Shown here: piece by piece, positions 9,061-17,356 of the stretch
Layout of the letters: every line of letters begins with the position of its first letter
Numbering within the stretch: position 1 is the first letter of the stretch
Assembly (NCBI GenBank): GCA_003009755.1
Contig: PXUB01000017.1
Span: forward strand, 19,149-83,148
From: Thermoplasmatales archaeon SW_10_69_26
Lineage (GTDB): Archaea; Thermoplasmatota; SW-10-69-26
Direction: 5' to 3'
Length of the DNA stretch: 64,000 nucleotides
Notes under the pieces: generated by a model
Seen by the model: only the letters and a program-made list of their open reading frames with translations
Told to the model about the DNA's origin: nothing
Database searches by the model: none
Program-made: the position numbers and the translations under genes

Positions 9061-10314
9061 TCACTTGAACAGCAGCTTGAGGTAGAACCACCAGCTGGTG
9101 AGCTCCTCCTTCTTGTCCCGGTCGGCCAGCATGTCCGAGATCGTCTCGGCCACGTGGGGGTTGTTGGCCGCGCGGGAGACGACGAAGTTGAGCAGCCACT
9201 TGTGCTGACCCATCTTCTGGAGGCGGTGGCTGGTCTTGAGCTCGTCCCAGGTTTCGTCCCGAAGCCGCTGTTCGTAGGGGGCGAGGTTCTCGCGGGTCGG
9301 TCCGCCGTTGTCGGAGACCTCGTCGTAGCGCTCGGCGGCCAGGTGGGCGCTCGTCATGCCGTTGCCGATGCCCTCGCCGGTGAACGGGTCGATGAGCGAG
9401 GCGGCGTCGCCGCAGAGCATCCAGCCGTTGCCGTGGACGGGCCGCTTCTTCGAGCCCAGCGGCAGGATCCAGCCGCGCTGGGAGCCCTCGACCTTCTCGG
9501 CGTCGGCGAAGCGGTCCTTGAACAGGCGGTGCTCGTAGGCCTTCTCGAGCAGGTCCTTGAGGTCCCGCTCGTGGCCGTCCTCCTTGATCTTGGACTCGAG
9601 CATGCCGACGCCGACGTTGGCGCGGCCGTCCTCGAGCGGGAAGATCCAGAAGTAGCCTGGGATCACGCTGTCGAGGAAGTGGATCTCGATGTCGTCGCCG
9701 AGGTCCTTGATGCCGTCCCAGTAGACGCGGATCGCGGCGACCCAGTGGTCGGGGTCGCGGTCGTAGGCACCGGTCTCGCGGGCCACCGGGCACAGCGCGC
9801 CGCCGGCCCCGATCACGAGGTCGGCGGTGTACTCGTCGCCGCTGGCCGTCTTGACGCCGGTGACCTTCTCGCCCTCCCAGAGGAGGTCGTTGATCGGCGT
9901 CTCCTCGTGGGCCTCGGCGCCGAACTTGCGCGCGGCCTGGAAGACGACGTTGTCGAAGACCTCGCGCCGGCAGACGTAGCCGGGCTTGGTGTAAGGCGAG
10001 GCGTCTTCGCCGCGCTTCTTCCGCCACTCGGCGGCCTTGTTCTCGGGGAAGTCGATCTGGATCTCGTCGCCCTTCGGGCTCGAGAACACGACCCCTCGGG
10101 CGGCCGAGTTGGGAGCCTCGTCGACCTGCCCGATGATGTCGAGCTTCTCCAGCATCCGGACGCTCTTCCCGGAGATCGCGTCGCCGCAAGGCTTGTCGCG
10201 CGGGAACGACTCCTTGTCGAAGAGACCCACGTCGTACCCCTTGCGTGAAAGGAAAGCTGCCGCCGAGGAGCCGCTGGGTCCTCCACCGACGACGATGACA
10301 TCGTAGTCGGGCAC
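9061..10314 (-). CDS. Geranylgeranyl reductase family FAD-dependent oxidoreductase
   Basis: VIVVGGGPSG, FPRDKPCGD, GYFWIFP, GDAASLIDPFTGEGI. Confidence 0.9.
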   Translation of the reverse strand: MPDYDVIVVGGGPSGSSAAAFLSRKGYDVGLFDKESFPRDKPCGDAISGKSVRMLEKLDIIGQVDEAPNSAARGVVFSSPKGDEIQIDFPENKAAEWRKKRGEDASPYTKPGYVCRREVFDNVVFQAARKFGAEAHEETPINDLLWEGEKVTGVKTASGDEYTADLVIGAGGALCPVARETGAYDRDPDHWVAAIRVYWDGIKDLGDDIEIHFLDSVIPGYFWIFPLEDGRANVGVGMLESKIKEDGHERDLKDLLEKAYEHRLFKDRFADAEKVEGSQRGWILPLGSKKRPVHGNGWMLCGDAASLIDPFTGEGIGNGMTSAHLAAERYDEVSDNGGPTRENLAPYEQRLRDETWDELKTSHRLQKMGQHKWLLNFVVSRAANNPHVAETISDMLADRDKKEELTSWWFYLKLLFK

Positions 10315-10438
10315 GCGAGGCTGAAGTGTTCGCCTCTAAAAGAGCCTACCCCTGCGCGAGCCCGCGGGCGCCGACCTTGACCGGTGACTGACCTCGACGA
10401 ACGACGAAAAAGACCGCGGCGGGGGCTTCGCCGTCGGG

Positions 10439-10591
10439 TCGCGCTGTAAGGGAGAAACCGGGGGGGGGGCCACCAAGTACGCGGGGGGACGCCAGGGCAC
10501 AAAGGGGAGCAGCTGCCGTGACAAGGCCGCCCGGCGGCGAGTCACAGGCCCTTCGTGGCCTTGGCGATTCTTCGTGTCCTTCGCGGCCCCT
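10439..10591 (+). repeat. Palindromic intergenic element, family B copy 1
   Basis: 153 nt, near-identical to 54683-54835; arms built of ~9-nt CAC/CGC-GAAGG and CCTTCGTG units. Confidence 0.9.
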
Positions 10592-10657
10592 GCTTAACCA
10601 GACAGCCCGCCGTCGGGTGGCCCCTAGGCCTATCCCTCCGTGTGCCATCGGCCCACT

Positions 10658-10957
10658 GTGTCCCGGACGGAGACGGCTGAGGCTCCCGACGCGATCGACC
10701 GCCTCACGGCGATCCCGAACGTGGGCCCGGCGACCGCCGAGGACCTGCTCGCGCTCGGGATCACGAGCGTCGGAGACCTCGAGGGCCGCGACCCCGAGGA
10801 CCTGTTCGAGGCGCTGTGCTCGCAGGACGGCCGCCGCCACGACCCCTGCACGCGCGACGTGTTCGCCGCCGCCATCGCCTACGCCGACGACGGCGACGAG
10901 CGCCCGTGGTGGCACCACACCCGGCAGCGCAAGGACGACGACGTGGACGACGGGTAG
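10658..10957 (+). CDS. Helix-hairpin-helix protein (Cdd1 / pathogenicity-locus / mitomycin-resistance-like)
   Basis: LTAIPNVGPATAEDLLALGI...DPC..DVF..A...PWW. Confidence 0.8.
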   Translation: MSRTETAEAPDAIDRLTAIPNVGPATAEDLLALGITSVGDLEGRDPEDLFEALCSQDGRRHDPCTRDVFAAAIAYADDGDERPWWHHTRQRKDDDVDDG

Positions 10958-11005
10958 GGGCCACAACCGCTTTCTGAGGGGACCGGCACTCCCCACGATG
11001 ACGCG

Positions 11006-11554
11006 ATGCCGAGGGCCGACCGCGAGGAGATCCAGCAGGCGCTCGCCGAGGCCGCCGACCAGCTCGAGGAGGACCTGCGCGAGGTCTTCGGCTTCGAGCA
11101 GGTTCAAGCCCACCGCCAGACCGCCCCCGAACCGAGCCTGGTGGTCACCGGGCCGGAGGGGCGCTTCGAGCTCGCCTGGCCCCCCGCCGACGGCCTGACC
11201 GAGGCCGAAGGCCGCCTGGGCGCCCACGCCCGCATCGCCTTCGAGCTGTGGCTGGCCTCCCACCGCCCCGAGGCGTTCTTCGAGGGCTACCGGCCCGTCT
11301 CGGAGGACTACCGCGACATCGTGTTCTCGGCGCTGAAGGCCTACATCGACGACTCGCTGGGCGAGAACCCCTACTACGCACCGCTCACCTTCGTCCAGCG
11401 CGGCCCGGTCGTGCTCGTCTACGGCGACGACGAGTACGCCTTGATCGCTGACGACGGCAGCCACGAGGGCTCGGGCATCCTCCGCTGGAAGGTCAAGCGC
11501 CTGGCCGCCTTCGCCCTCACCGACGCCGACGCCGAACGCCTCGAGGCCGACTAG
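11006..11554 (+). CDS. Hypothetical protein
   Basis: Acidic 182-aa ORF with genome-typical codon usage; no motif recognised. Confidence 0.7.
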   Translation: MPRADREEIQQALAEAADQLEEDLREVFGFEQVQAHRQTAPEPSLVVTGPEGRFELAWPPADGLTEAEGRLGAHARIAFELWLASHRPEAFFEGYRPVSEDYRDIVFSALKAYIDDSLGENPYYAPLTFVQRGPVVLVYGDDEYALIADDGSHEGSGILRWKVKRLAAFALTDADAERLEAD

Positions 11555-11871
11555 GTCTCCAGTCGAATCACAGGAGGCAACCATCGGGGCCCGGGCGCAA
11601 GGCTCGAGGGCCTCCGGGGCATGATCCAAGCCCCGGGCTGTGACCAGACCACTCATGGCCGCAACCCGGCGGAGCCCCACTCCCGCGCCCACGGCCCCTG
11701 CGAGAAGTGCGGGCCCTCTTCTCCTCGATGAAGACGGGTACCCCGACCGTGTGCCCCAACGGCGGGCACACCGAGGGCTGCTCGGACGAGCTCCAGGTGC
11801 TCCAGGCGAAGGCGCCCGTTGCCTCCACGCCTGCCACATCGCTTAATAGGGGTCGCGTGCCACTTTGGCTC

Positions 11872-12012
11872 ATGGCGACGATCGCCTCCCCGCTGTCGGC
11901 TGTGTGCCCCGCGTGCGGCTTGACCGACACCTCCGCGAGCACCAGCGGCCCCACGCTGTGCTCGAACTGCGGCCACCGCGACCCAGCCGCGTGGGCCGAG
12001 CGGGACAACTAG
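11872..12012 (+). CDS. Small CPxCG-type zinc-finger protein (46 aa)
   Basis: MATIASPLSAVCPACG...LCSNCGH; TATA-like CTTAATA ~25 nt upstream. Confidence 0.6.
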   Translation: MATIASPLSAVCPACGLTDTSASTSGPTLCSNCGHRDPAAWAERDN

Positions 12013-12101
12013 AAGCCCAGCGCCTGCTGGGCCCGGCCGTCGGTGACCAGCTCGGCACCACGGCGTCTCGGGGCTCGGACGTTGCCGTGGGCTGGCAACG
12101 G

Positions 12102-12719
12102 TTACGCGCGCTCGAGCACCGCGTACGCGAACGATTGGGTGTCGCCCCAGGGCGTCTCGTGCGCTTCCCGGCGCTCGTGGACGAGCCGGAAGGACTCACC
12201 CAGTTCGGCGCTGAGCGCCTCGGCGTCGTAGCGGCGGACCGGCAACCCGCTGCACCGCTCGGGGCCTTCGGGAGAGAACGTCGCCACGATCGCCGTTCCC
12301 TCGGGCGAGAGCAGCTGATCGAGCCGCTCGGCGTAGCGGGCCCGATCCTCGGCGTCGGTCAGGAAGTGGAACACCGCCCGGTCGTGCCAGAGATCGATGC
12401 CCGGCTCGAACTCGGCCTCCAGCACGTCGCCGACGAGCCAGTCCACGCCGTCGGCGCGATCGCCGAGCCGCTCGCGGGCCCGAGCCAGCGCAGGCTCGGC
12501 GATGTCGAGCACGGTCACGTTGCTGTAGCCGTCGTCGAGCAGGCGGTCGACCAGGCGGGAGGCCCCGCCCCCGACGTCGACGATGCGGGCCGCCTTCGAG
12601 AGATCGAGGCCGGCGATCAGTGCCAGCGAGACGGCCGGCTCGGGCTGGAACCAGCTGACCTCGTCGGGCGCGGTGTCGGCCCACACGTCTCGCCAGTGGG
12701 CTCGGGTCTGCTCGCTCAT
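12102..12719 (-). CDS. Class I SAM-dependent methyltransferase
   Basis: HWRDVW...VSWFQPEP, IVDVGGGASRLVD, WHDRAVFHFL, GPERCSGLPV. Confidence 0.9.
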   Translation of the reverse strand: MSEQTRAHWRDVWADTAPDEVSWFQPEPAVSLALIAGLDLSKAARIVDVGGGASRLVDRLLDDGYSNVTVLDIAEPALARARERLGDRADGVDWLVGDVLEAEFEPGIDLWHDRAVFHFLTDAEDRARYAERLDQLLSPEGTAIVATFSPEGPERCSGLPVRRYDAEALSAELGESFRLVHERREAHETPWGDTQSFAYAVLERA

Positions 12720-12787
12720 CGTCTTGGGGCTCGCTGGGGTGAGGGCGGCGCGGGGTGTTGAACCCCGCTGTGGAGGCCGGCCGTCGC

Positions 12788-14224
12788 CTACTTCGCGGAC
12801 CCGGCGGAGGCTTCCTCGGGGTACAGACCCCACTCGGGCTCGAGCGTGTACACGCCGGTGTACATGTCGCCGAGCACGACGCGGCCCTCGTCGGTCCACT
12901 GCGGGCCCCAGACGAGCGGGACGGCGCCGTGGTCGAGCACGGCGACCCCGGGCGGGACGGAGGGGGCGTAGGGCTCGTGCGGCTGGTAGAAGCCCAGCGT
13001 CTCGGGGTTCTCCTGGCGCTCCTCCGTCGAGACGTCGAAGGCCCACATGCCGCCGTGGTACCAGGCCGAGATGACCTGGCCCGTCGGCGTGATGTCCACG
13101 TTGTGGGCGCTGTAGCGGTAGCTCGTGTAGGGGGGCTGGGTCTCGATCGGGAGCTGCCAGGTGGCCAGCTTCTCGGGGTTGGCGGGGTCGGTCACGTCGA
13201 TGACGTACAGCTTCTGACGCTCGGCACCGCCGACGTCGCCCGTGCTGGACAGGCGCTCGCCGCCGCCGATCGCGATCACGCGCCCGTCGATCACGCTGTT
13301 GGCGACGGTCTGCTCGTGCCAGCCGACCACGTCGTCCATCGACTGCACGATGGGCGAGGGGGTCGACGGGTCGTTGATGTCGTAGATCGCCATCGAGGTG
13401 CCGTCCTCGGGCGAGCCGGTGTACAGCAGCCAGTCCTCCGTGACCGGATGCTTGTGGACGTACACGTCGTGCGTGCCCTTCACCGTCGCGACTTTGGTCA
13501 GCCGCTCGCCCTCGGGGGCGTCGGGCTGGAACTCGAGGATCTCGACCTCGTTGGTGAAGATGTAGATCGTGCCGTCGATCGTCTTCGTCCACAGGTTGTG
13601 GGTGGCTTGCGTGGCCAGCTGGGCGACGGGCTCGGGGTTCTCGGGGTCGGAGATGTTGTAGACGCTGACGACGTTCTCCGTGCTTGTCGGCAGGTGGGGG
13701 GTAACCGCGTCCTCTTGGCAGTCGCCCATCACGGTGTGCGTGGGGGAGAATACGGCGCTAGCTTGGCATCCGACGGCCAGGTAGTTGCCATCCTCCGTGA
13801 TGCGGGTGTCGAAGTCGGCGCCGGTGGACGTCGTGTACGACAGCGGCTCGGGGTCCGAGGGGTCGGAGATGTCGACCAGCGTCGCGCCCAGCGGACCGTC
13901 GGCGGACGAGATGGCCGCCAGGTCCCCTTGGACGTCGACCTCGCCCCAGCCGCCCTGGTAGGTGGTCGGGTAGAAGCCTTGGAAGTTCTCGTGGCCGGCG
14001 AGCTCGAACCCATGCGTGTTCGAGTGCAGCTCGGGAGCCTGGTGGGCGTGGTCGGTGTCGATCGCGCCCACGAAGTCGCGGTCCGGTGCCGGCGGCACGA
14101 AGCTCTCGGATGTCTCGTTCTCGATGTCCTCGGATTGCTCCTCGATGTCCCCCGCGTCCAACGCTCCGATGCAGCCGGTGAAGGCCGCGGTCACGAGGAG
14201 CAACGCGATCAGTGGTGCCCGCAT
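12788..14224 (-). CDS. LVIVD-repeat beta-propeller lipoprotein
   Basis: Lipobox AFTGC; repeats LVDISDPSDP, VYNISDPENP, IYDINDPSTP, VIDVTDPANP; SAHN..WYHGG. Confidence 0.85.
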   Translation of the reverse strand: MRAPLIALLLVTAAFTGCIGALDAGDIEEQSEDIENETSESFVPPAPDRDFVGAIDTDHAHQAPELHSNTHGFELAGHENFQGFYPTTYQGGWGEVDVQGDLAAISSADGPLGATLVDISDPSDPEPLSYTTSTGADFDTRITEDGNYLAVGCQASAVFSPTHTVMGDCQEDAVTPHLPTSTENVVSVYNISDPENPEPVAQLATQATHNLWTKTIDGTIYIFTNEVEILEFQPDAPEGERLTKVATVKGTHDVYVHKHPVTEDWLLYTGSPEDGTSMAIYDINDPSTPSPIVQSMDDVVGWHEQTVANSVIDGRVIAIGGGERLSSTGDVGGAERQKLYVIDVTDPANPEKLATWQLPIETQPPYTSYRYSAHNVDITPTGQVISAWYHGGMWAFDVSTEERQENPETLGFYQPHEPYAPSVPPGVAVLDHGAVPLVWGPQWTDEGRVVLGDMYTGVYTLEPEWGLYPEEASAGSAK

Positions 14225-14414
14225 CGTCTCGCCTCACCACCGAGGGAACCTGCCAACGCATGAGCGTTTCGGCCCGCGCGTGGGCCAGCGCGGCCGTCAG
14301 CCGTCCAGTCGTGACCCCAGAGCCCGCACCTCCGAGCCGGGCGAACTCGCAGCGGCCCGAAGGCCGTCGTCGCGATCCGAGCGTCCGACCCGGAGCGGCC
14401 ATCGTCCGGTCGGG

Positions 14415-14597
14415 GACGCTCGGCGGCGTACTCGCTCGTGTGGTTTGGGTGGGGTCTGTGAGGCTGGGGGCGGGGTTCTCGTCTTGTGATTCGAGACCGG
14501 CGTCTCTCCGTGCTTGGGCTTGCCGGTCTCGAACTTCGCAGGCCGCCTCGCTCGTCTTCTGCGATGTCCGCGACGCTCGGCGGCGTACTCGCTCGTG
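14415..14597. repeat. 26-bp perfect direct repeat (14415-14440, 14572-14597) enclosing a hairpin-containing insert
   Basis: GACGCTCGGCGGCGTACTCGCTCGTG occurs twice; internal 12-bp inverted repeat TTCGAGACCGGC / GCCGGTCTCGAA. Confidence 0.85.
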
Positions 14598-14611
14598 ACC
14601 AGCGAAGCTGG

Positions 14612-15082
14612 TCACTCGCCCCACACGTGCACCGCGACCGTCCGCTCGCGAGGCTCGTTGTCGAGCTCGACGAAGACGATCTGCTCCCAGGTCCCCAACC
14701 GCAGCCGGCCGTTCTGCACGGGCGCAGTGATCTCGGGCCCGATGAAGGCCGCGCGGACGTGCGAGTGGCCGTTGCCGTCCTGCCAGCGGCGCTGGTGGCC
14801 GTAGTCCATGCGCTTGGCGGCCGACTGGCCGTCCGCCGTCGTCGGCGCCGCGTCCCCGTGGCGCGGGAACAAGCGATCGAGCGCCTCCGGCAGGTCCTCC
14901 TCGGCGAGCCCGGGCTCGTGCTCGAGCGTCGTGATCGCCGACGTGCTCGAGAGCGTGTGCACGAGCACCTGGCCGAGCTCGACGCCGTCGGCCTGCACGA
15001 TCTCGTCGACGTCCTCAGTGAGGTCGATCACGTCGACCTCGCCGTCCGTGGAGAAGGTCAGGTCCTTCGCGTGCTGGGGCAC
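14612..15082 (-). CDS. yjbQ: YjbQ / UPF0047 family (secondary thiamine-phosphate synthase)
   Basis: DGNGHSHVRAAFIG, LRLGTWEQIVFVELD. Confidence 0.9.
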   Translation of the reverse strand: MPQHAKDLTFSTDGEVDVIDLTEDVDEIVQADGVELGQVLVHTLSSTSAITTLEHEPGLAEEDLPEALDRLFPRHGDAAPTTADGQSAAKRMDYGHQRRWQDGNGHSHVRAAFIGPEITAPVQNGRLRLGTWEQIVFVELDNEPRERTVAVHVWGE

Positions 15083-15212
15083 GCGGACCGAGAGCGCTGC
15101 CCGTTGACAGGCTTTGCGTCGTTGCCTCGACCCGCACGCTGAAGGAGGCGTTCTTGCCGCAACCCGAACCCGCAACCCCCTCCCCACCTCATGCCGGCTC
15201 GGTGCGATCCCC

Positions 15213-16052
15213 GTGACCGAGTACGCCAACCCCGATCGCCTGGTGACCGTGGACGAGCTCGACGAGCGACGCGGCGACGACGACGTCGCCGTGCTCGAGG
15301 TGGACGTCGACACGACCCTCTACGAGAAAGGCCACGTCCCCGAGGCCGTCGGCTGGAGCTGGACCGAGGACCTCAACCACCCCGTCCGCCGAGACATCGT
15401 CTCCGCCGAGAGCTTCGAGACGCTCGCCCAGCAGGCCGGCATCGACGACGACACGACCGTCCTGCTCTACGGCGACAACCACAACTGGTTCGCCGCGTTC
15501 GCGCTGTGGGTGTTCGAGGTCTACGGCCACGACGACGTCGCGCTCGTCGATGGCGGCCGCGACGCGATCACGCGCTCCCACATCGAGCTCACCACCGAGA
15601 CGCCCGAGCCCGCCGAGGGCAGCTTCACCGTCACCGAAACCCGCGAAGAGCTCCGCGCCACGCGCGACGAGGTGCTCGCAGCCGTCGACGAGGGCCGCGA
15701 GAACTTCATCGACGTCCGCTCCAGCGAGGAGTTCAGCGGCGAGCTGGTCGCCCCGCCCGACCTCGACGAGACCGCCCAGCGCGGCGGTCACATCCCTGGA
15801 GCCACGAACGTCACGTGGTCCGAGGCCGTCGACCGCGATGGCACGTTTCGGCCCCGCGAGGAGCTCGAGCAGCTCTACGGTCCCGTGCTCGACCAGGAGG
15901 GCACGATCGCCTACTGCCGGATCGGCGAGCGCTCGGCCCACTCGTGGTTCGTCCTCCGCCACCTGCTCGGCGACGACGAGGCGCGCAACTACGACGGCAG
16001 CTGGACCGAGTACGGGAACCTCATCGGAGTCCCTGTGGAGACCGGGGAGTGA
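15213..16052 (+). CDS. Double-domain rhodanese (thiosulfate/3-mercaptopyruvate sulfurtransferase)
   Basis: YEKGHVPEA, RGGHIPGA, YCRIGERS, NYDGSWTEYG. Confidence 0.95.
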   Translation: MTEYANPDRLVTVDELDERRGDDDVAVLEVDVDTTLYEKGHVPEAVGWSWTEDLNHPVRRDIVSAESFETLAQQAGIDDDTTVLLYGDNHNWFAAFALWVFEVYGHDDVALVDGGRDAITRSHIELTTETPEPAEGSFTVTETREELRATRDEVLAAVDEGRENFIDVRSSEEFSGELVAPPDLDETAQRGGHIPGATNVTWSEAVDRDGTFRPREELEQLYGPVLDQEGTIAYCRIGERSAHSWFVLRHLLGDDEARNYDGSWTEYGNLIGVPVETGE

Positions 16053-16186
16053 GGGACTCCGATGAGAGGACGGATCTCCGATCCGTCCGGATCGCGAGCA
16101 TCGCTCGCCGACGGCGATCGTGCGGCGCGATGCTCGCGCCCGATCGGCGTCCCTGTGGAGACGGGGGAGTAGGGGCCCGATCGGCG
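16020..16186. repeat. Duplicated sulfurtransferase 3' end (16023-16052, 16143-16172) flanking stacked hairpins
   Basis: Both copies encode IGVPVETGE-stop; perfect inverted repeats at 16020-16034/16052-16066, 16068-16076/16080-16088 and 16093-16104/16127-16138. Confidence 0.85.
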
Positions 16187-16263
16187 ACCCGACAAGGCAA
16201 CCCTAGCGATCCTCCGCCCCGTCGGCCCGACAGCCGGCGGGGCCCTGCCTCGTCCCTCGACTC

Positions 16264-17193
16264 TCAGCGTCGACCCGATCGCGCGCCGAGGGCCGTCGTG
16301 GCCAGGCCCGCGAGGGCCGCGGCCAGCCCGATCGATCCCGCGCCCGGCCCCGGCACCGTCGCCTCGTCGGGCGGGTGCGTCGGCACGGCGCCGCGGGCCC
16401 GATCGGCGTGACAGCCCCAGTCGTCGACGCGCGCCACCTCGTCTCCGGTCCGCTCGATCTGGACGTTGCGGCAGTGTACGAAGGCGACGTGCTCGTCCCC
16501 GCCTTGCTCGCCCTCGAAGAGGATCCGGACGTGGCTGGCGACGAACACCGTCGTCCGCTCGCCCTCGCTCAACGGGAACGCGAAGACGTGGTGGGCCCGA
16601 GCCTGGCCCTCCTCGGCCCGCGCTTGCCCCTCCTCGCCGCCCAGCGAGTGCCGCAGCTCGAAGGCGCCCAACCGCATCCAGGCCGCCCCTCGGTTCACCG
16701 TGTAGTTCGCCTCGACCGTCTCGGGTCCGGTCACCGCGAAGCTCGTGCCCGTGGCCGCGCGAGGCGGCGGGACCGCGGCCTCCGGCGCGTTCCCGGCTAA
16801 TCCGCGCCCGGGCGCCGAGTAGGCGTAGACGCAGCAGGCCGCCTCCTTCACCAGCTCGTCGGGCGCCGCGAGCTGGGCCTTCCAGAAACCGCGACCGTCG
16901 ACGGCGAGTTCCCAGGTGCGCGTCGCCGACTCGCCGGCCTCGAGCGAGAGGTTCCATCGCTCGCTGCCCGCGGGTCGGGCGTGGTCGGGGACCTCGAGCC
17001 GGAAGGTGGCGTCCATGTCGCGGTTGGCCACCACCTCGACGGCGACGTCGACGGTGGACCCGGTGCGGGGTTCGCCCTCGAGCGCCAGCGAGCCGGTCCA
17101 GGTAGGCTGCGCCCCGTGGGCGTCGACCGTCGGCGCTGGCAGCCCGAGCGCCAGCAGACCCGCGACCAGGAACGCCGCGCCGAGCCCTCGCAC
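16264..17193 (-). CDS. Secreted protein with Ig-like domain and C-terminal PGPG-TM-basic anchor
   Basis: N-terminal signal peptide; ends VPGPGAGSIGLAAALAGLATTALGARSGRR. Confidence 0.75.
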   Translation of the reverse strand: MRGLGAAFLVAGLLALGLPAPTVDAHGAQPTWTGSLALEGEPRTGSTVDVAVEVVANRDMDATFRLEVPDHARPAGSERWNLSLEAGESATRTWELAVDGRGFWKAQLAAPDELVKEAACCVYAYSAPGRGLAGNAPEAAVPPPRAATGTSFAVTGPETVEANYTVNRGAAWMRLGAFELRHSLGGEEGQARAEEGQARAHHVFAFPLSEGERTTVFVASHVRILFEGEQGGDEHVAFVHCRNVQIERTGDEVARVDDWGCHADRARGAVPTHPPDEATVPGPGAGSIGLAAALAGLATTALGARSGRR

Positions 17194-17356
17194 GGCGCGA
17201 GGTCCGCCTGCGAGGGGTTAAACCTTGTCGAAACGACGTCGAACGACGACCGGCGCTCGCTCTCGCCCAGCCTGCGGGCTGCAAGCGCCGCTCACCCGAG
17301 CCAAGCCCCCGCCGTGGTACGCAAGCGTTTTGTGCCTGGGCGTCGTGCCCTGCCCG

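Noticed and set aside
14415-16172. Direct-repeat pairs as mini CRISPR arrays
   Set aside because: Only two units each, spacers of 90-131 nt, different repeat sequences and no cas genes.
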